A stretch of 64,000 bases of DNA. Source: Bacteroidales bacterium (GTDB lineage: Bacteria > Bacteroidota > Bacteroidia > Bacteroidales > NBLH01). Under the pieces are notes generated by a model. That model was not told the DNA's origin and did not search any database. It was given only the letters and a program-made list of their open reading frames with translations. A program made the translations under genes and the position numbers. The stretch's first letter is position 1. Each line of letters opens with the position of its first letter. The stretch is taken from contig JBNKRJ010000032.1 in assembly GCA_050296515.1 (NCBI GenBank), positions 1,128 through 65,127 of the forward strand, given 5' to 3'. Shown in pieces: positions 26,850 through 36,766 of the stretch.

Positions 26850-27420
26850 ATGTTAAGTAAAAAAATCATGAAACGTACAACGTCATTTTTTCAATTACAA
26901 TTTCCTGCAATACTTCAAATACAAAAACGGAAAAAAAACAAGAAGATAACTGATAATGAAGAGCTAAAAACGCTTTACGAAAAAGATCAATCTGAAAGAA
27001 CCGCAGCAAATATTGATTGGAAAATAGTCAATAAAAATGATAGTTTGCAACAGGCCAGAGTCATTGAACTTTTAGACTCAGGTAGAGTGATTACTGGAAA
27101 CGATTATTATCATACAGCTATGATTTTTCAACATGGGCTGGATACTTTTGCATCAGGAATGGCAGTAAAAATGATGACAAAAGCGTTGGAACTGGATACT
27201 ACAGTCAACAAATGGCTTTTAGCAGCTGCAATTGACAGAGATTTAATATAGAAAAATGAACCACAAACATATAGGACTCAATACATAAAAATGGGAGAAG
27301 ATGCTCCTTGGGAACTATATAAGATTGACACTACTAAAATCACAGATAAGGAAAGAGTCTTGAGTTGAAACGCTCGCAGAAATGAAACAGAAAGTGATAA
27401 AAATGAACAAAAAAGAGTAA
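26850..27420 (+). pseudogene. Disrupted gene of a DUF6624-like family (in-frame TAG plus +1 frameshift)
   Basis: ORF 26850..27251 ends at TAG 27249. The same frame continues KNEPQTYRTQYIKMGEDAPWELYKIDTTKITDKERVLS-stop (27366). A +1 frame then reads VETLAEMKQKVIKMNKKE-stop (27418). The joined sequence follows the family pattern as I recall it (...DR....Q.YGTQ....W.L.PI.D....RR..GL..L.EY); the DUF6624 name is from memory. Confidence 0.55.
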
Positions 27421-27428
27421 GTCAAAAC

Positions 27429-28325
27429 TTACTCCCCTTCAAACAATAAAATTTTTATCGCCTCTTCAAGCTTATCAGATTCGATATATTTTTTTGCCAG
27501 GATATGTTTTTCCTCAATAAATTTATCACTTCCAAAACCCAGTGAACTCAAAGTTCTATAAAATGGTGATGACTTTACAAATTCATTTATTTCATCTTTC
27601 CCAGGGATTATACCTAAGCCACCCAGCAATCCTAAATCATTGCCAGTAAGTACTTTACTAAATCTTATTTCTTCTGGAAGTTGATCGATTCCTATTCCAT
27701 GCTGCATACCTGGTTTTCCTAATGTAAAAACAGCTTCTCCACTGGCTCGTACATAATAATCTCGACCCATTCTGCCAACCAAATCAATCTTATGTGGATC
27801 AACCTGCCCTTTTTCGTTTAAAATTTCATCTTGATAATGAAATTTAAGCACTTCGCAAATCACAAGGTTTCCTGCAGAGCCTTCGGTTCCGGTTTCGATG
27901 ATATTGATCACCTTGCACTCCATTTGTACAGGAGATTCCTTCACCCTAAATGGCTTTACCAAATCAGATTCAAGTTGGGTAAATCCAGCCTTTACAAATT
28001 CATTCACTCCTTTTTCATACTCTGTACTCGCAAGATTAACTTGCTGTACCATAGCGTAATTAACGATATTAATTACCACTTCTGGTAATATTTTTACATT
28101 CTCAAAAGTATGCTTGGTGGTGTTATCGCGTCCTCTTCTTGCAGGTGAAAAAACAATAATTGGAGGATTTGCCCCAAATGCATTAAAAAAGCTAAATGGA
28201 GCCAAATTTGGGGTTCCGTTCTCGTCAATTGTACTTGCAAATGCAATCGGTCTTGGTCCTATTGCATCCAGCATTAAGCCAAATAACTCAGGTATTGATT
28301 TTTCTTTGGGGGTAAAAGATAGCAT
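27429..28325 (-). CDS. Flavin reductase-like (FMN-binding split-barrel) domain protein with ~100-aa C-terminal extension
   Basis: GPRPIAFASTIDENGTPNLAPFSFFNAFGANPPIIVFSP is typical of the flavin reductase family. Confidence 0.8.
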   Translation of the reverse strand: MLSFTPKEKSIPELFGLMLDAIGPRPIAFASTIDENGTPNLAPFSFFNAFGANPPIIVFSPARRGRDNTTKHTFENVKILPEVVINIVNYAMVQQVNLASTEYEKGVNEFVKAGFTQLESDLVKPFRVKESPVQMECKVINIIETGTEGSAGNLVICEVLKFHYQDEILNEKGQVDPHKIDLVGRMGRDYYVRASGEAVFTLGKPGMQHGIGIDQLPEEIRFSKVLTGNDLGLLGGLGIIPGKDEINEFVKSSPFYRTLSSLGFGSDKFIEEKHILAKKYIESDKLEEAIKILLFEGE

Positions 28326-28412
28326 GATTTATCCATTTTATGGTTAAAGTCTTAATAGAGAAGCATTAAACATTCTTTCAATTGCAATGACTAATGCTTC
28401 CCTGAACATATT

Positions 28413-29684
28413 TTATTTTGCCGGCAACACTGTAGTTACGCTTTCGCCAAATCCAATTCTTAATCCGTCTTTTTCAGCAAAACCTTTGATTATAATCGTA
28501 TCAAAATCGTTTATAAATTTTCGCTCAGTGCCATCAGGCATCGGAACTGATTTTGTCCCTTGCCAGCTAATTTCAAGCATAGAACCATAAGAATCAGGTG
28601 TTGGTCCGCTAATAGTACCTGAAGCATACATATCACCAACATTTACATTACAACCATTTACAGTTTGATGTGCTAATTGTTGGTTCATATTCCAATACAT
28701 GTATTTGAAATTGGACAAACAAACCCTATGAGCCTCGGTTTTTTCTGGCTTAATATAAACCTCCAGGTTAATGTCGTAATTTTTGCCTGCATCATACTTC
28801 AGATATGGCAAAACTTCAGGAACCTGCTCAGGCCCTTCTGTTTTAAATGGTTCCAGAGCATCCATTGTAACAATCCATGGAGAAACAACCGAACCAAAGT
28901 TTTTGCCTAAAAATGGACCAAGAGGTATGTATTCCCATTTCTGTATGTCTCTGGCAGTCAGATCGTTAAAAAGAACCATCCCAAAAATATATTCATCTGT
29001 TTCCTCTATTGGAACAGGATCGCCCAGCTTATTTGATTTTCCGGTAATGAATGCCATTTCCAGCTCAAAATCAAATAGTCTTGAGGCTGAATAAATGGGC
29101 TTGTCTTCACCTTTTGGTAAAATCTGTCCTTTAGGTCGGTGAATATTCGTTCCTGAAACAACAATTGAAGAACTTCTGCCATGATATCCTACCGGAATAT
29201 GTCTCCAGTTTGGCATAAGCGCATTTTCAGGATCCCTGAACATTTTTCCAACATTGGTGGCATGCTCTATACTAGAGTAAAAATCAGTATAATCACCTAC
29301 TTCAACCGGAAGAAGCATTTCTATAGAATCAACATTGACCAGTACTTGTGCAACATGAGCATCATTGCTTTTTAACTCAGAGTTTGAGCTTTCGAACAAT
29401 TCAAATAACCTCAAACGAATTGCACTGGTAAATTTCCTACCTTTGGCAATAAAGTTATTGAGCTTGTCAGCATCAAGCAAACTTCTTTCAAAATGCTGAA
29501 TACCAGAAAAATACCCTAAATCAAACAGCGCAAGCAAATCAATGGCCAAATCGCCAATTCTTGAAGCTACCCTGGTACCTTTTTTATCTTTAATTATCCC
29601 AAACGGAAGATTCTGAATGGGAAAATCATTGTTTTTTGAAACTTCTATCCACGATGAATACGATGGATCATTAGTTTTGTTCAT
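28413..29684 (-). CDS. fahA: Fumarylacetoacetase
   Basis: N-terminal SWIEVSKNNDFPIQNLPFGI plus the C-terminal FAH fold (GDYTDFYSS, ELEMAF, FGMVLFNDLTARDIQ, LGPFLGKNF). Confidence 0.9.
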   Translation of the reverse strand: MNKTNDPSYSSWIEVSKNNDFPIQNLPFGIIKDKKGTRVASRIGDLAIDLLALFDLGYFSGIQHFERSLLDADKLNNFIAKGRKFTSAIRLRLFELFESSNSELKSNDAHVAQVLVNVDSIEMLLPVEVGDYTDFYSSIEHATNVGKMFRDPENALMPNWRHIPVGYHGRSSSIVVSGTNIHRPKGQILPKGEDKPIYSASRLFDFELEMAFITGKSNKLGDPVPIEETDEYIFGMVLFNDLTARDIQKWEYIPLGPFLGKNFGSVVSPWIVTMDALEPFKTEGPEQVPEVLPYLKYDAGKNYDINLEVYIKPEKTEAHRVCLSNFKYMYWNMNQQLAHQTVNGCNVNVGDMYASGTISGPTPDSYGSMLEISWQGTKSVPMPDGTERKFINDFDTIIIKGFAEKDGLRIGFGESVTTVLPAK

Positions 29685-29738
29685 GTATTTTTTGTTTATA
29701 ATGTTTAATTCAAAGCCCTCCTCTTAAATACTGTATCA

Positions 29739-29799
29739 GGGCTAATTTGTCAAATGACAACACCTGACAAGTGCACCAGCTAGGTGTTATCACCTAACA
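29739..29799 (-). repeat. REP-like palindromic unit (reverse orientation) plus second degenerate hairpin
   Basis: GGCTAATTTGTCAAATGACAACACCTGACAAGTGC is the reverse complement of the 7430 unit with 2 changes. Confidence 0.8.
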
Positions 29800-29845
29800 T
29801 TTATACTATTTTATTGTTACTTTCTACTTTTTACTTTCAACTAAG

Positions 29846-30946
29846 CTACAACGTTCCCCTTCTTTGTTGCTCATCTTCTATTGCTTCGAAAAGTGCTTTA
29901 AAATTACCTTTTCCAAACGATTTTGCACCTTTTCGCTGAATGATCTCATAGAACATAGTCGGGCGATCCTGTACAGGTTTCGTAAATATCTGCAGCAAGT
30001 ACCCTTCGTCATCCCTATCCACCAAAATTCCCAGATCTTTCAGAATTTTTAGTTCCTCATCAATTTCACCTACGCGCTCAGTTACTGTATCGTAATAAGT
30101 TCCAGGAACTCTTAGAAAATCTACACCTCTTTTGTGCAGCTCTGTTACTGTATGAATAATATTGTCAGTAGCCATTGCAACGTGCTGAACACCAGAACCA
30201 TTATAAAAATCAAGGTATTCTTCAACCTGTGATTTCTTTTTACCTTCAGCCGGCTCGTTTATCGGGAATTTAATACGACCATTTCCATTAGACATCACTT
30301 TACTCATCAAAGCAGTATATTCTGTAGAAATATCTTTATCATCAAAAGAAATAATCTGCTTGAAGCCCATTACTTCTTCATAAAATTTTGCCCAAACATT
30401 CATTTCGTTCCAGCCAACATTACCTACCATGTGGTCAACGTATTTAAGACCAACATCTTCAGCCTTATAGTATGGATCCCATTTTTCATAGCCTGGTCTA
30501 AATGGTCCATTGTAATTTTTTCTTTCAACAAAAAGATGCACCGTTTCTCCATAAGTATAAATTCCGGCAGTTACCACTTCACCAAACTCGTCTCTTTCAG
30601 TCTTTGGCTCAGAATATGCTTTTGCTCCTCTTTTTACAGTTTCCTCAAATGATTTTTTTGCATCATCCACCCACAAAGCAACAAACTTTACTCCATCGCC
30701 ATGCAGTTTGTGATGTTCAGCTATCAGAGAGTCTTGCACCATTGTTGAGGTAAGGACAAAACGGATTTTATCCTGCTGAACAACATAGGATGTTCTATCA
30801 GTTAAGCCAGTTTCTAGTCCGGCATAAGCAACTGGCTGAAAGCCAAATGCAGAAATGTAGTAATGTGCAGCCTGTAATGCATTTCCAACATAAAATTCAA
30901 CGAAATCTGTTCCGTTTATCGGCAAAAAGTCATTGTTTTCAGTCAT
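29846..30946 (-). CDS. hppD: 4-hydroxyphenylpyruvate dioxygenase
   Basis: Two VOC-fold halves. GVQHVA, EYLDFYNGSGVQH, LLQIFTKP, FYEIIQR...GFGKGNFKALFEAIE..Q.RRG are characteristic. Confidence 0.92.
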   Translation of the reverse strand: MTENNDFLPINGTDFVEFYVGNALQAAHYYISAFGFQPVAYAGLETGLTDRTSYVVQQDKIRFVLTSTMVQDSLIAEHHKLHGDGVKFVALWVDDAKKSFEETVKRGAKAYSEPKTERDEFGEVVTAGIYTYGETVHLFVERKNYNGPFRPGYEKWDPYYKAEDVGLKYVDHMVGNVGWNEMNVWAKFYEEVMGFKQIISFDDKDISTEYTALMSKVMSNGNGRIKFPINEPAEGKKKSQVEEYLDFYNGSGVQHVAMATDNIIHTVTELHKRGVDFLRVPGTYYDTVTERVGEIDEELKILKDLGILVDRDDEGYLLQIFTKPVQDRPTMFYEIIQRKGAKSFGKGNFKALFEAIEDEQQRRGTL

Positions 30947-30980
30947 AATTGTATAGTCGTTAGGTTATTTATTTAAGAAT

Positions 30981-31036
30981 GAAGCACGAAGGTCGAAGTT
31001 TGAAGTAAAAACTCATTTTTTAATACTTCGTGCTTC
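30981..31036 (-). repeat. Intercistronic hairpin between hmgA and hppD
   Basis: GAAGCACGAAG ... CTTCGTGCTTC, an 11-bp perfect stem with a 34-nt loop. Confidence 0.6.
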
Positions 31037-31056
31037 CAACTTCCAGCTATATTTTT

Positions 31057-32214
31057 TTATTCAATCCATGATTTATAGTAATCTTCATCCTCCAGCTCTA
31101 GTGCCTGCTTTGTAATTTTCAGTGGGTTGAAAGTATCAAGCATAAAAGCCAGCTCATTGGTCTCTTTTTGGCCAATACTCTTTTCAACAGCCCCAGGGTG
31201 AGGTCCATGAGGAATACCAGTAGGGTGCAAGGTTATTTGTCCCTGTTCAACATGTTTCCTGCTCATAAACTCACCATCTATGTAATAAAGCACTTCATCA
31301 GAATCTACATTGCTGTGATTATACGGTGCAGGTATTGAATCCGGGTGGTAATCATAAAGTCTTGGTACAAAAGCACATGTAACAAAGTTTTGCCCGTCAA
31401 AAGTCTGATGAATTGGCGGCGGCATGTGCAGCCTTCCCGTAATTGGCTCAAAATCGTGAATTGAAATTGCAAATGGATAATGATACCCATCCCAGCCCAC
31501 TAAATCAAAAGGATGCGTGGCATAATGATAAGGAAAAATCATATCATCGCGCTTAATCATCACCAAAAAGTCACCTTTTTCATCGTATGTTTCCAGCTCC
31601 TCAGGTGGCCTGATATCTCTTTCATAAAATGGTGAATGTTCCATTAACTGGCCATTCTTACTTAAATACCTTTTTGGAAAACGGAATGGACCGAATGATT
31701 CCACCACAACAAGCCTGTTTTCTTCTGTTTCAAACTCCAGTTTATAAATTACCCCACGTGGAATAATCAAATGATCTCCATATGAAAAAGGTATCTTTCC
31801 ATACATGGTATGCAAAGTTCCATTTCCTTTATGTACAAAAATCATTTCTGAAGCCTGGGAATTCTTAAAGAAATAGTCATTCATCGATTTCGATGGAGCT
31901 GCCAGGTTCATGTACACATCATTATTGACCAAAACAGGAACACGGCTTTTAAGGTAATCAGTTTCAGGTTTCACACTAAACCCGTTGAAGCTCCTATGCT
32001 GCATGTTTTTCTCAATGGCAACTTCAGGTGCCACAGAAAATTCCCTGTCAATCTGAGTAACAAGAGTTGGCGGATGAGTATGGTAAACCAATGAATAGTC
32101 ATCGGCAAACCCCTCAGTAGATACCAACTGCTCAGCATACAATCCACCATCAGGCTTTCTGTACTGAACATGTCTTTTTTTTGGTACTTTTCCTAGTTTG
32201 TAGTAAAAAGGCAT
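31057..32214 (-). CDS. hmgA: Homogentisate 1,2-dioxygenase
   Basis: Short (385 aa) bacterial form. PFYYKLGKVP..RH, EQLVSTEGF, HPTGIPHGPHPG. Confidence 0.92.
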   Translation of the reverse strand: MPFYYKLGKVPKKRHVQYRKPDGGLYAEQLVSTEGFADDYSLVYHTHPPTLVTQIDREFSVAPEVAIEKNMQHRSFNGFSVKPETDYLKSRVPVLVNNDVYMNLAAPSKSMNDYFFKNSQASEMIFVHKGNGTLHTMYGKIPFSYGDHLIIPRGVIYKLEFETEENRLVVVESFGPFRFPKRYLSKNGQLMEHSPFYERDIRPPEELETYDEKGDFLVMIKRDDMIFPYHYATHPFDLVGWDGYHYPFAISIHDFEPITGRLHMPPPIHQTFDGQNFVTCAFVPRLYDYHPDSIPAPYNHSNVDSDEVLYYIDGEFMSRKHVEQGQITLHPTGIPHGPHPGAVEKSIGQKETNELAFMLDTFNPLKITKQALELEDEDYYKSWIE

Positions 32215-32257
32215 TTCTTTAAATATTAGTAGTTAGTATATTGGTTATTTGTCATTG

Positions 32258-32357
32258 AGTCACTAGTGTCAAGTCAAGTGTGATATTTCTGGTAATTGGC
32301 CAGGTGACAACACCTGGCCGGTGCACTTGTCAGGTGTTGTCACCTGACAAATTAGCC
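32258..32357. repeat. Composite intergenic repeat: AGTCACTAGTGTCA unit + double-hairpin REP unit
   Basis: 32258..32295 matches 2248..2285. 32298..32357 (GGCCAGGTGACAACACCTGGCC + GCACTTGTCAGGTGTTGTCACCTGACAAATTAGCC) matches 7430 and 52510. Confidence 0.8.
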
Positions 32358-32443
32358 TTGACACGACACTAGTACTGGATTAACATCTTCTCTCTCTGTG
32401 AACCTCTGTGTCTCTCTGCAAATCTCTGTGTAACAAATTCTTA

Positions 32444-33100
32444 TTAAAATTCCATTTCTTTTACATGATCATCAATTACCAACCGTCCCTCAGTTTTGCT
32501 TTTGACTTCGTCAATGGTCACTCCGGGAGCAAGTTCTAATAAACGAAAACCATCATCTGTAATATCAAGAACTGCTAAATCGGTCACCACTTTACTAACA
32601 CAGCGAACGCCTGTTAAAGGCAAAGTACATTCTTTAAGCAGTTTCGATTCCCCTTCTCTGTTTGTATGCTGCATGGCAACAATTATATTATCAGCAGAAG
32701 CTACTAAATCCATGGCACCTCCCATTCCTTTCACCATTTTCCCAGGAATCTTCCAGCTTGCAATGTCGCCTCTGTCTGTTACTTCAAAAGCTCCCAGAAT
32801 GGTCAGGTCAATATTTTCTCCACGAATCATCGCAAAGCTGGTTGATGAATCGAAAAAAACGCCTCCTGTTTTCACAGTAACTGTCTGTTTACCAGCATTT
32901 ATCAAGTCAGGGCTATGTTCTCCCTTTTTAGGGAAAGGGCCAATACCTAATAATCCATTTTCTGATTGCAAAACAATTTCAATTCCGTCAGGAACATAAT
33001 TAGCTACTAAGGTAGGAATTCCAATCCCAAGATTTACATAATAGCCATCTTTTAATTCCTTTGCTATCCTTTGGGCTATTTGTTCTTTCGTTAAGGCCAT
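32444..33100 (-). CDS. scoB: 3-oxoacid (acetoacetate/succinyl-CoA) CoA-transferase subunit B
   Basis: YVNLGIGIPT, SENGLLG, GGAMDL. Lies 2 nt after subunit A. Confidence 0.9.
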   Translation of the reverse strand: MALTKEQIAQRIAKELKDGYYVNLGIGIPTLVANYVPDGIEIVLQSENGLLGIGPFPKKGEHSPDLINAGKQTVTVKTGGVFFDSSTSFAMIRGENIDLTILGAFEVTDRGDIASWKIPGKMVKGMGGAMDLVASADNIIVAMQHTNREGESKLLKECTLPLTGVRCVSKVVTDLAVLDITDDGFRLLELAPGVTIDEVKSKTEGRLVIDDHVKEMEF

Positions 33101-33102
33101 TA

Positions 33103-33795
33103 TTAATTAGATGTAGTTAGTTTTTCAATTCGTTTCTCATAATTTTTACCCTGATAGATATGCTGTACAAAAATCCCTGGAGTATGTATAAAATTCGGAT
33201 CCAATTCTCCGGCAGGAACCAGTTCTTCCACCTCAGCAATGGTAATTTTTCCTGCCATTGCCATTACCTGGTTAAAATTATTAGCAGTTGCATTATAAAT
33301 TAGGTTACCATGCGAATCACCCTTCCATGCTTTTACAAAAGCATAATCAGCAACCAAGGCATGCTCCATCAGGTAGTTTTTCCCATCGAATTCACGGATT
33401 TCTTTTCCGTTTGCCACTTCTGTTCCAAAACCTGCGGGAACAAAAAAAGCTGGTATTCCTGCTCCTCCTGCTCTAATTCTTTCTGCCAATGTGCCTTGCG
33501 GAATTAAGTCAACCTCCAGTTCTCCGGCCAAAAGCTGTCTTTCAAACTCTTCATTTTCACCTACATAAGAAGAAATCATTTTTTTTATCTGATGATTTTT
33601 TAATAGGAAACCCAGTCCAAAATCATCAACGCCAGCATTGTTGGATATACATGTTAATCCACTAACACCAGAATTAGCTAAAGCTTCAATTGCCTTTTCA
33701 GGAATGCCGCATAATCCAAACCCTCCGAGCATTAAAACAGAGCCATTAGGAATAGTTGAAACTATTGATTTTAGGTCAGTTATTGTCTTATTCAT
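33103..33795 (-). CDS. scoA: 3-oxoacid CoA-transferase subunit A
   Basis: GSVLMLGGFGLCGIPE, ISNNAG, EVDLIPQGTLAERIRAGGAGIPAFF. Confidence 0.9.
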   Translation of the reverse strand: MNKTITDLKSIVSTIPNGSVLMLGGFGLCGIPEKAIEALANSGVSGLTCISNNAGVDDFGLGFLLKNHQIKKMISSYVGENEEFERQLLAGELEVDLIPQGTLAERIRAGGAGIPAFFVPAGFGTEVANGKEIREFDGKNYLMEHALVADYAFVKAWKGDSHGNLIYNATANNFNQVMAMAGKITIAEVEELVPAGELDPNFIHTPGIFVQHIYQGKNYEKRIEKLTTSN

Positions 33796-34132
33796 AGTAA
33801 TTAAGTTAGCACAACAAATTTACAATTTTTATTTAGATTAAATAATAAAAATATGCGAATATCCTTAATTAATAAGTCTTTGTGTTAATATTTAAATAGC
33901 TGGTAATAAAGTAAATAGATAAATGATGCAAACAGTTGTATAATTTGTATATAAATTAGTTTAGCTATATTTAGGTAGAATTTAAAGGAAAAATAAAATG
34001 GTCGTAGTATGAGAAAACTACTTTATTTAAAAATTCAATTACTCTGTTTCAAAACAAAAAACTAATTACGCGTGTTATAAATAGCGGCATTCTTATATTC
34101 TAAAATTTTAACAAATTGTAAAAAATAATAAT

Positions 34133-34546
34133 ATGGTACATGTAAGTAGAAGGGAAAGATTTAGTTCAGCTCATAAACTTTGGAATGATGAACTTTCGGA
34201 TAAAGAAAATGATGAAGTCTTTGATAAATGTGCTTATCCGAATTATCATGGTCACAATTATGAGTTGATTGTAACTGTAAAAGGAAAGATTAATGAAAGA
34301 ACAGGCTATGTATTTGATTTAAAAAAATTAAGCCGACTACTAAAAGAAACTGTAATAAATAAACTAGATCACAGAAATTTAAATATTGATGTAGATTTTT
34401 TAAAAGGAAAAATCACAACTACTGAAAATATTTCAGTAGCCATTTGGAATGAAATAGAACCTTTTATTAAAGAAGAAGGATGTGAACTACATAGAATAAA
34501 AGTAGTAGAAACTGAAAACAACTATGTTGAGTATTATGGTGATTAG
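34133..34546 (+). CDS. 6-pyruvoyl-tetrahydropterin synthase family protein (PTPS/QueD fold)
   Basis: FSSAHKL...C..PNYHGHNYEL motif, 137 aa. Confidence 0.85.
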   Translation: MVHVSRRERFSSAHKLWNDELSDKENDEVFDKCAYPNYHGHNYELIVTVKGKINERTGYVFDLKKLSRLLKETVINKLDHRNLNIDVDFLKGKITTTENISVAIWNEIEPFIKEEGCELHRIKVVETENNYVEYYGD

Positions 34547-34607
34547 CTGCTTTTAAATTCTAATTGTTAATTAAAGCAACATGTCAGAGATGAAAAGTCA
34601 TTTGCCA

Positions 34608-34767
34608 TTCAATGTCATTTAGTTAGCGTTTTTTCCGTCATTACGAGAATGTACAACGAAGTAATCCCTTCAAAGATTACTCCTTTCAGTCATGAGAAAA
34701 GTTGCTTCGCTATTGCTCGTAATGACGAGGTTCTTTCATTAATTAGTCTAAACTAAACAACATTGAT
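34608..34767. repeat. Nested palindromic MITE-like element (same family as 2096..2230)
   Basis: TIRs TTCAATGTCATTTAGTT / AACTAAACAACATTGAT. Inner CGTCATTACGAG ... CTCGTAATGACG 12-bp inverted repeat. Confidence 0.75.
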
Positions 34768-34922
34768 TTGTCATAGAAGTCATTAACAGCCAATGACAAA
34801 TGACTGAAAATTAAAATCAGAAGAAATTTTTATAAACCGAAAAAAAATTAATAAAACTTAAGATAATCAACGAAAACAGAAAACAATAAAACCTAAATTA
34901 CTATACAATTACGCTAAGGAAA

Positions 34923-36680
34923 ATGACAACAACCAACGAAAATGTAAACCGATTACCAGATCATTTGCGCAAGTATATCGTAGAACAGAATTACGAGAAA
35001 TATACTGCCATTGATCATGCAGTTTGGCGATACATTATGCGCTTAAACTATGATTTTTTAAAGAGAACAGCCCACAAATCTTATCTCGACGGACTGTTAG
35101 GAACCGGAATCAGTATTGAACGCATTCCTAAAATTGATGAAATGAATGAAATTCTTTCAAAAATAGGCTGGGGTGCTGTTTGTGTGGATGGTTTTATTCC
35201 TCCGGCAGCTTTTATGGAGTTTCAGGCCTATAAAGTATTGGTTATTGCCGCTGATATGCGCAACATTAACCATATTGAATACACGCCTGCTCCGGATATT
35301 GTTCACGAAGCGGCCGGACACGCTCCAATCATTGTTGATCAGGCTTATGCCGAATATTTAAGACTTTTTGGAGAAATTGGCAGCAAAGCAATTTCTTCAA
35401 AACGGGATAATGATTTGTATGAAGCAGTCCGGAAGTTATCAATACTTAAAGAAAAATCAGGTACTACCCAAGAAGAAATCAAAAAGGCAGAACAGGAACT
35501 ATTTGATATTTCTAATGATATGGGCAAGCTTTCAGAAATGGCCCGATTAAGAAACCTGCATTGGTGGACAGTTGAATATGGCCTAATTGGCGAACTTAAC
35601 CATCCCCAAATTTATGGTGCAGGGTTGTTATCCTCCATAGGAGAAAGTGCTGCATGCCTAAAAGATAAGGTGAAAAAGCTACCTTACACCATTGAAGCTG
35701 CAGATTACAGTTTTGACATCACCACACAACAACCACATTTGTTTGTTACCCCGGATTTTGCTCATCTAATTACTGTTTTAAATGAATTTGCTGATACCAT
35801 GGCGTTTCGAAGAGGTGGGGCTTCAAGTGTCAATGTTGCAATTGAATCAAACGCACTGGCAACCTGTCAGTTAAGCTCGGGATTACAAATAAGTGGAATT
35901 TTCACGAAAGTGATTACCGACAAAAATAGTGATGTGGCCTATTTAAATACAACCGGGCCTACTATGCTTTCGGAAAATGATAAAGTACTAATTGGTCACA
36001 GTAAAAAAGAACATAAAGATGGTTTCGGGACCCCGGTGGGCAATCTTGTTGGCTTAAATACAAAATTGGAGGATTCTACAATAACCCAATTAGCCAAATT
36101 AGGAATAGAAGTAGGAAAAGTATCAACCTTGCAATTTGAAAGTGGTGTTGAAGTAAAAGGTGTTCTGCAATACATACGCCAAAACAAATTTGGGAAAATA
36201 TTAGTAATGAGCTTTAAAGACTGTACAGTAAAGCTCGATAATGAAACATTATTTCAACCAGAGTGGGGCATTTTTGATATGGGAGTGGGCACTAAAGTCT
36301 CTTCTGTTTTTACTGGTGCTGCAGATAAGGGTGAATATGAAAATGGCACCTATATTTCGCCAACTACAACTGTTTCAAATAATTATACTGATAAACAATA
36401 TATTGGTCTTTATCAGAAAGTTAGAAGCCAGAGAGAGGGGAATTATTCAGATAAAGAAATTGCTCAGTTGTTTAATGATGTGAAACAAAACTACCCAAAC
36501 GACTGGCTCTTATCTGTTGAGCTTTACGAGCTTGCGAATGTGTCAAACAATGGTTTGGCCATGGAAATAAAAAGCTATCTAGTTGAAAAAGCAAAAAAAG
36601 AGTTGGAATACGAAAAACTGATTTACGATGGAATTGAGCTAATCGAACCCTCCTCTGAGGGTTTTTATAAAGAGATTTAG
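34923..36680 (+). CDS. Long-form (585 aa) biopterin-dependent aromatic amino-acid hydroxylase (phenylalanine-4-hydroxylase-like)
   Basis: Catalytic-domain motifs in the N-terminal ~290 aa (PDIVHEAAGHAPI, HWWTVEYGLI, YGAGLLSSIGE). A ~295-aa C-terminal extension contains an internal duplication. Confidence 0.8.
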   Translation: MTTTNENVNRLPDHLRKYIVEQNYEKYTAIDHAVWRYIMRLNYDFLKRTAHKSYLDGLLGTGISIERIPKIDEMNEILSKIGWGAVCVDGFIPPAAFMEFQAYKVLVIAADMRNINHIEYTPAPDIVHEAAGHAPIIVDQAYAEYLRLFGEIGSKAISSKRDNDLYEAVRKLSILKEKSGTTQEEIKKAEQELFDISNDMGKLSEMARLRNLHWWTVEYGLIGELNHPQIYGAGLLSSIGESAACLKDKVKKLPYTIEAADYSFDITTQQPHLFVTPDFAHLITVLNEFADTMAFRRGGASSVNVAIESNALATCQLSSGLQISGIFTKVITDKNSDVAYLNTTGPTMLSENDKVLIGHSKKEHKDGFGTPVGNLVGLNTKLEDSTITQLAKLGIEVGKVSTLQFESGVEVKGVLQYIRQNKFGKILVMSFKDCTVKLDNETLFQPEWGIFDMGVGTKVSSVFTGAADKGEYENGTYISPTTTVSNNYTDKQYIGLYQKVRSQREGNYSDKEIAQLFNDVKQNYPNDWLLSVELYELANVSNNGLAMEIKSYLVEKAKKELEYEKLIYDGIELIEPSSEGFYKEI

Positions 36681-36766
36681 CCATTTCTAGAAAGAAGGTA
36701 ATTTAGGTTTTTATCTTTATTAACATAAAATAGAGTTTTTGAAAATTAAGCTAGAAACAGCATAGA

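Noticed and set aside
32496-32999. 167-aa plus-strand ORF (and 72-aa ORF 32662-32880).
   Set aside because: These are antisense shadow ORFs inside the well-supported scoB gene. The same reasoning applies to 40054-40572 (inside mnmE), 42923-43558 (inside the cytidylate kinase-like gene), 47139-47501 and 48185-48382 (inside the MCP genes), 49552-51368 minus-strand ORFs (inside mutS2), 28114-29375 plus-strand ORFs (inside the flavin reductase gene and fahA), and the short ORFs inside the kinases and the giant gene.
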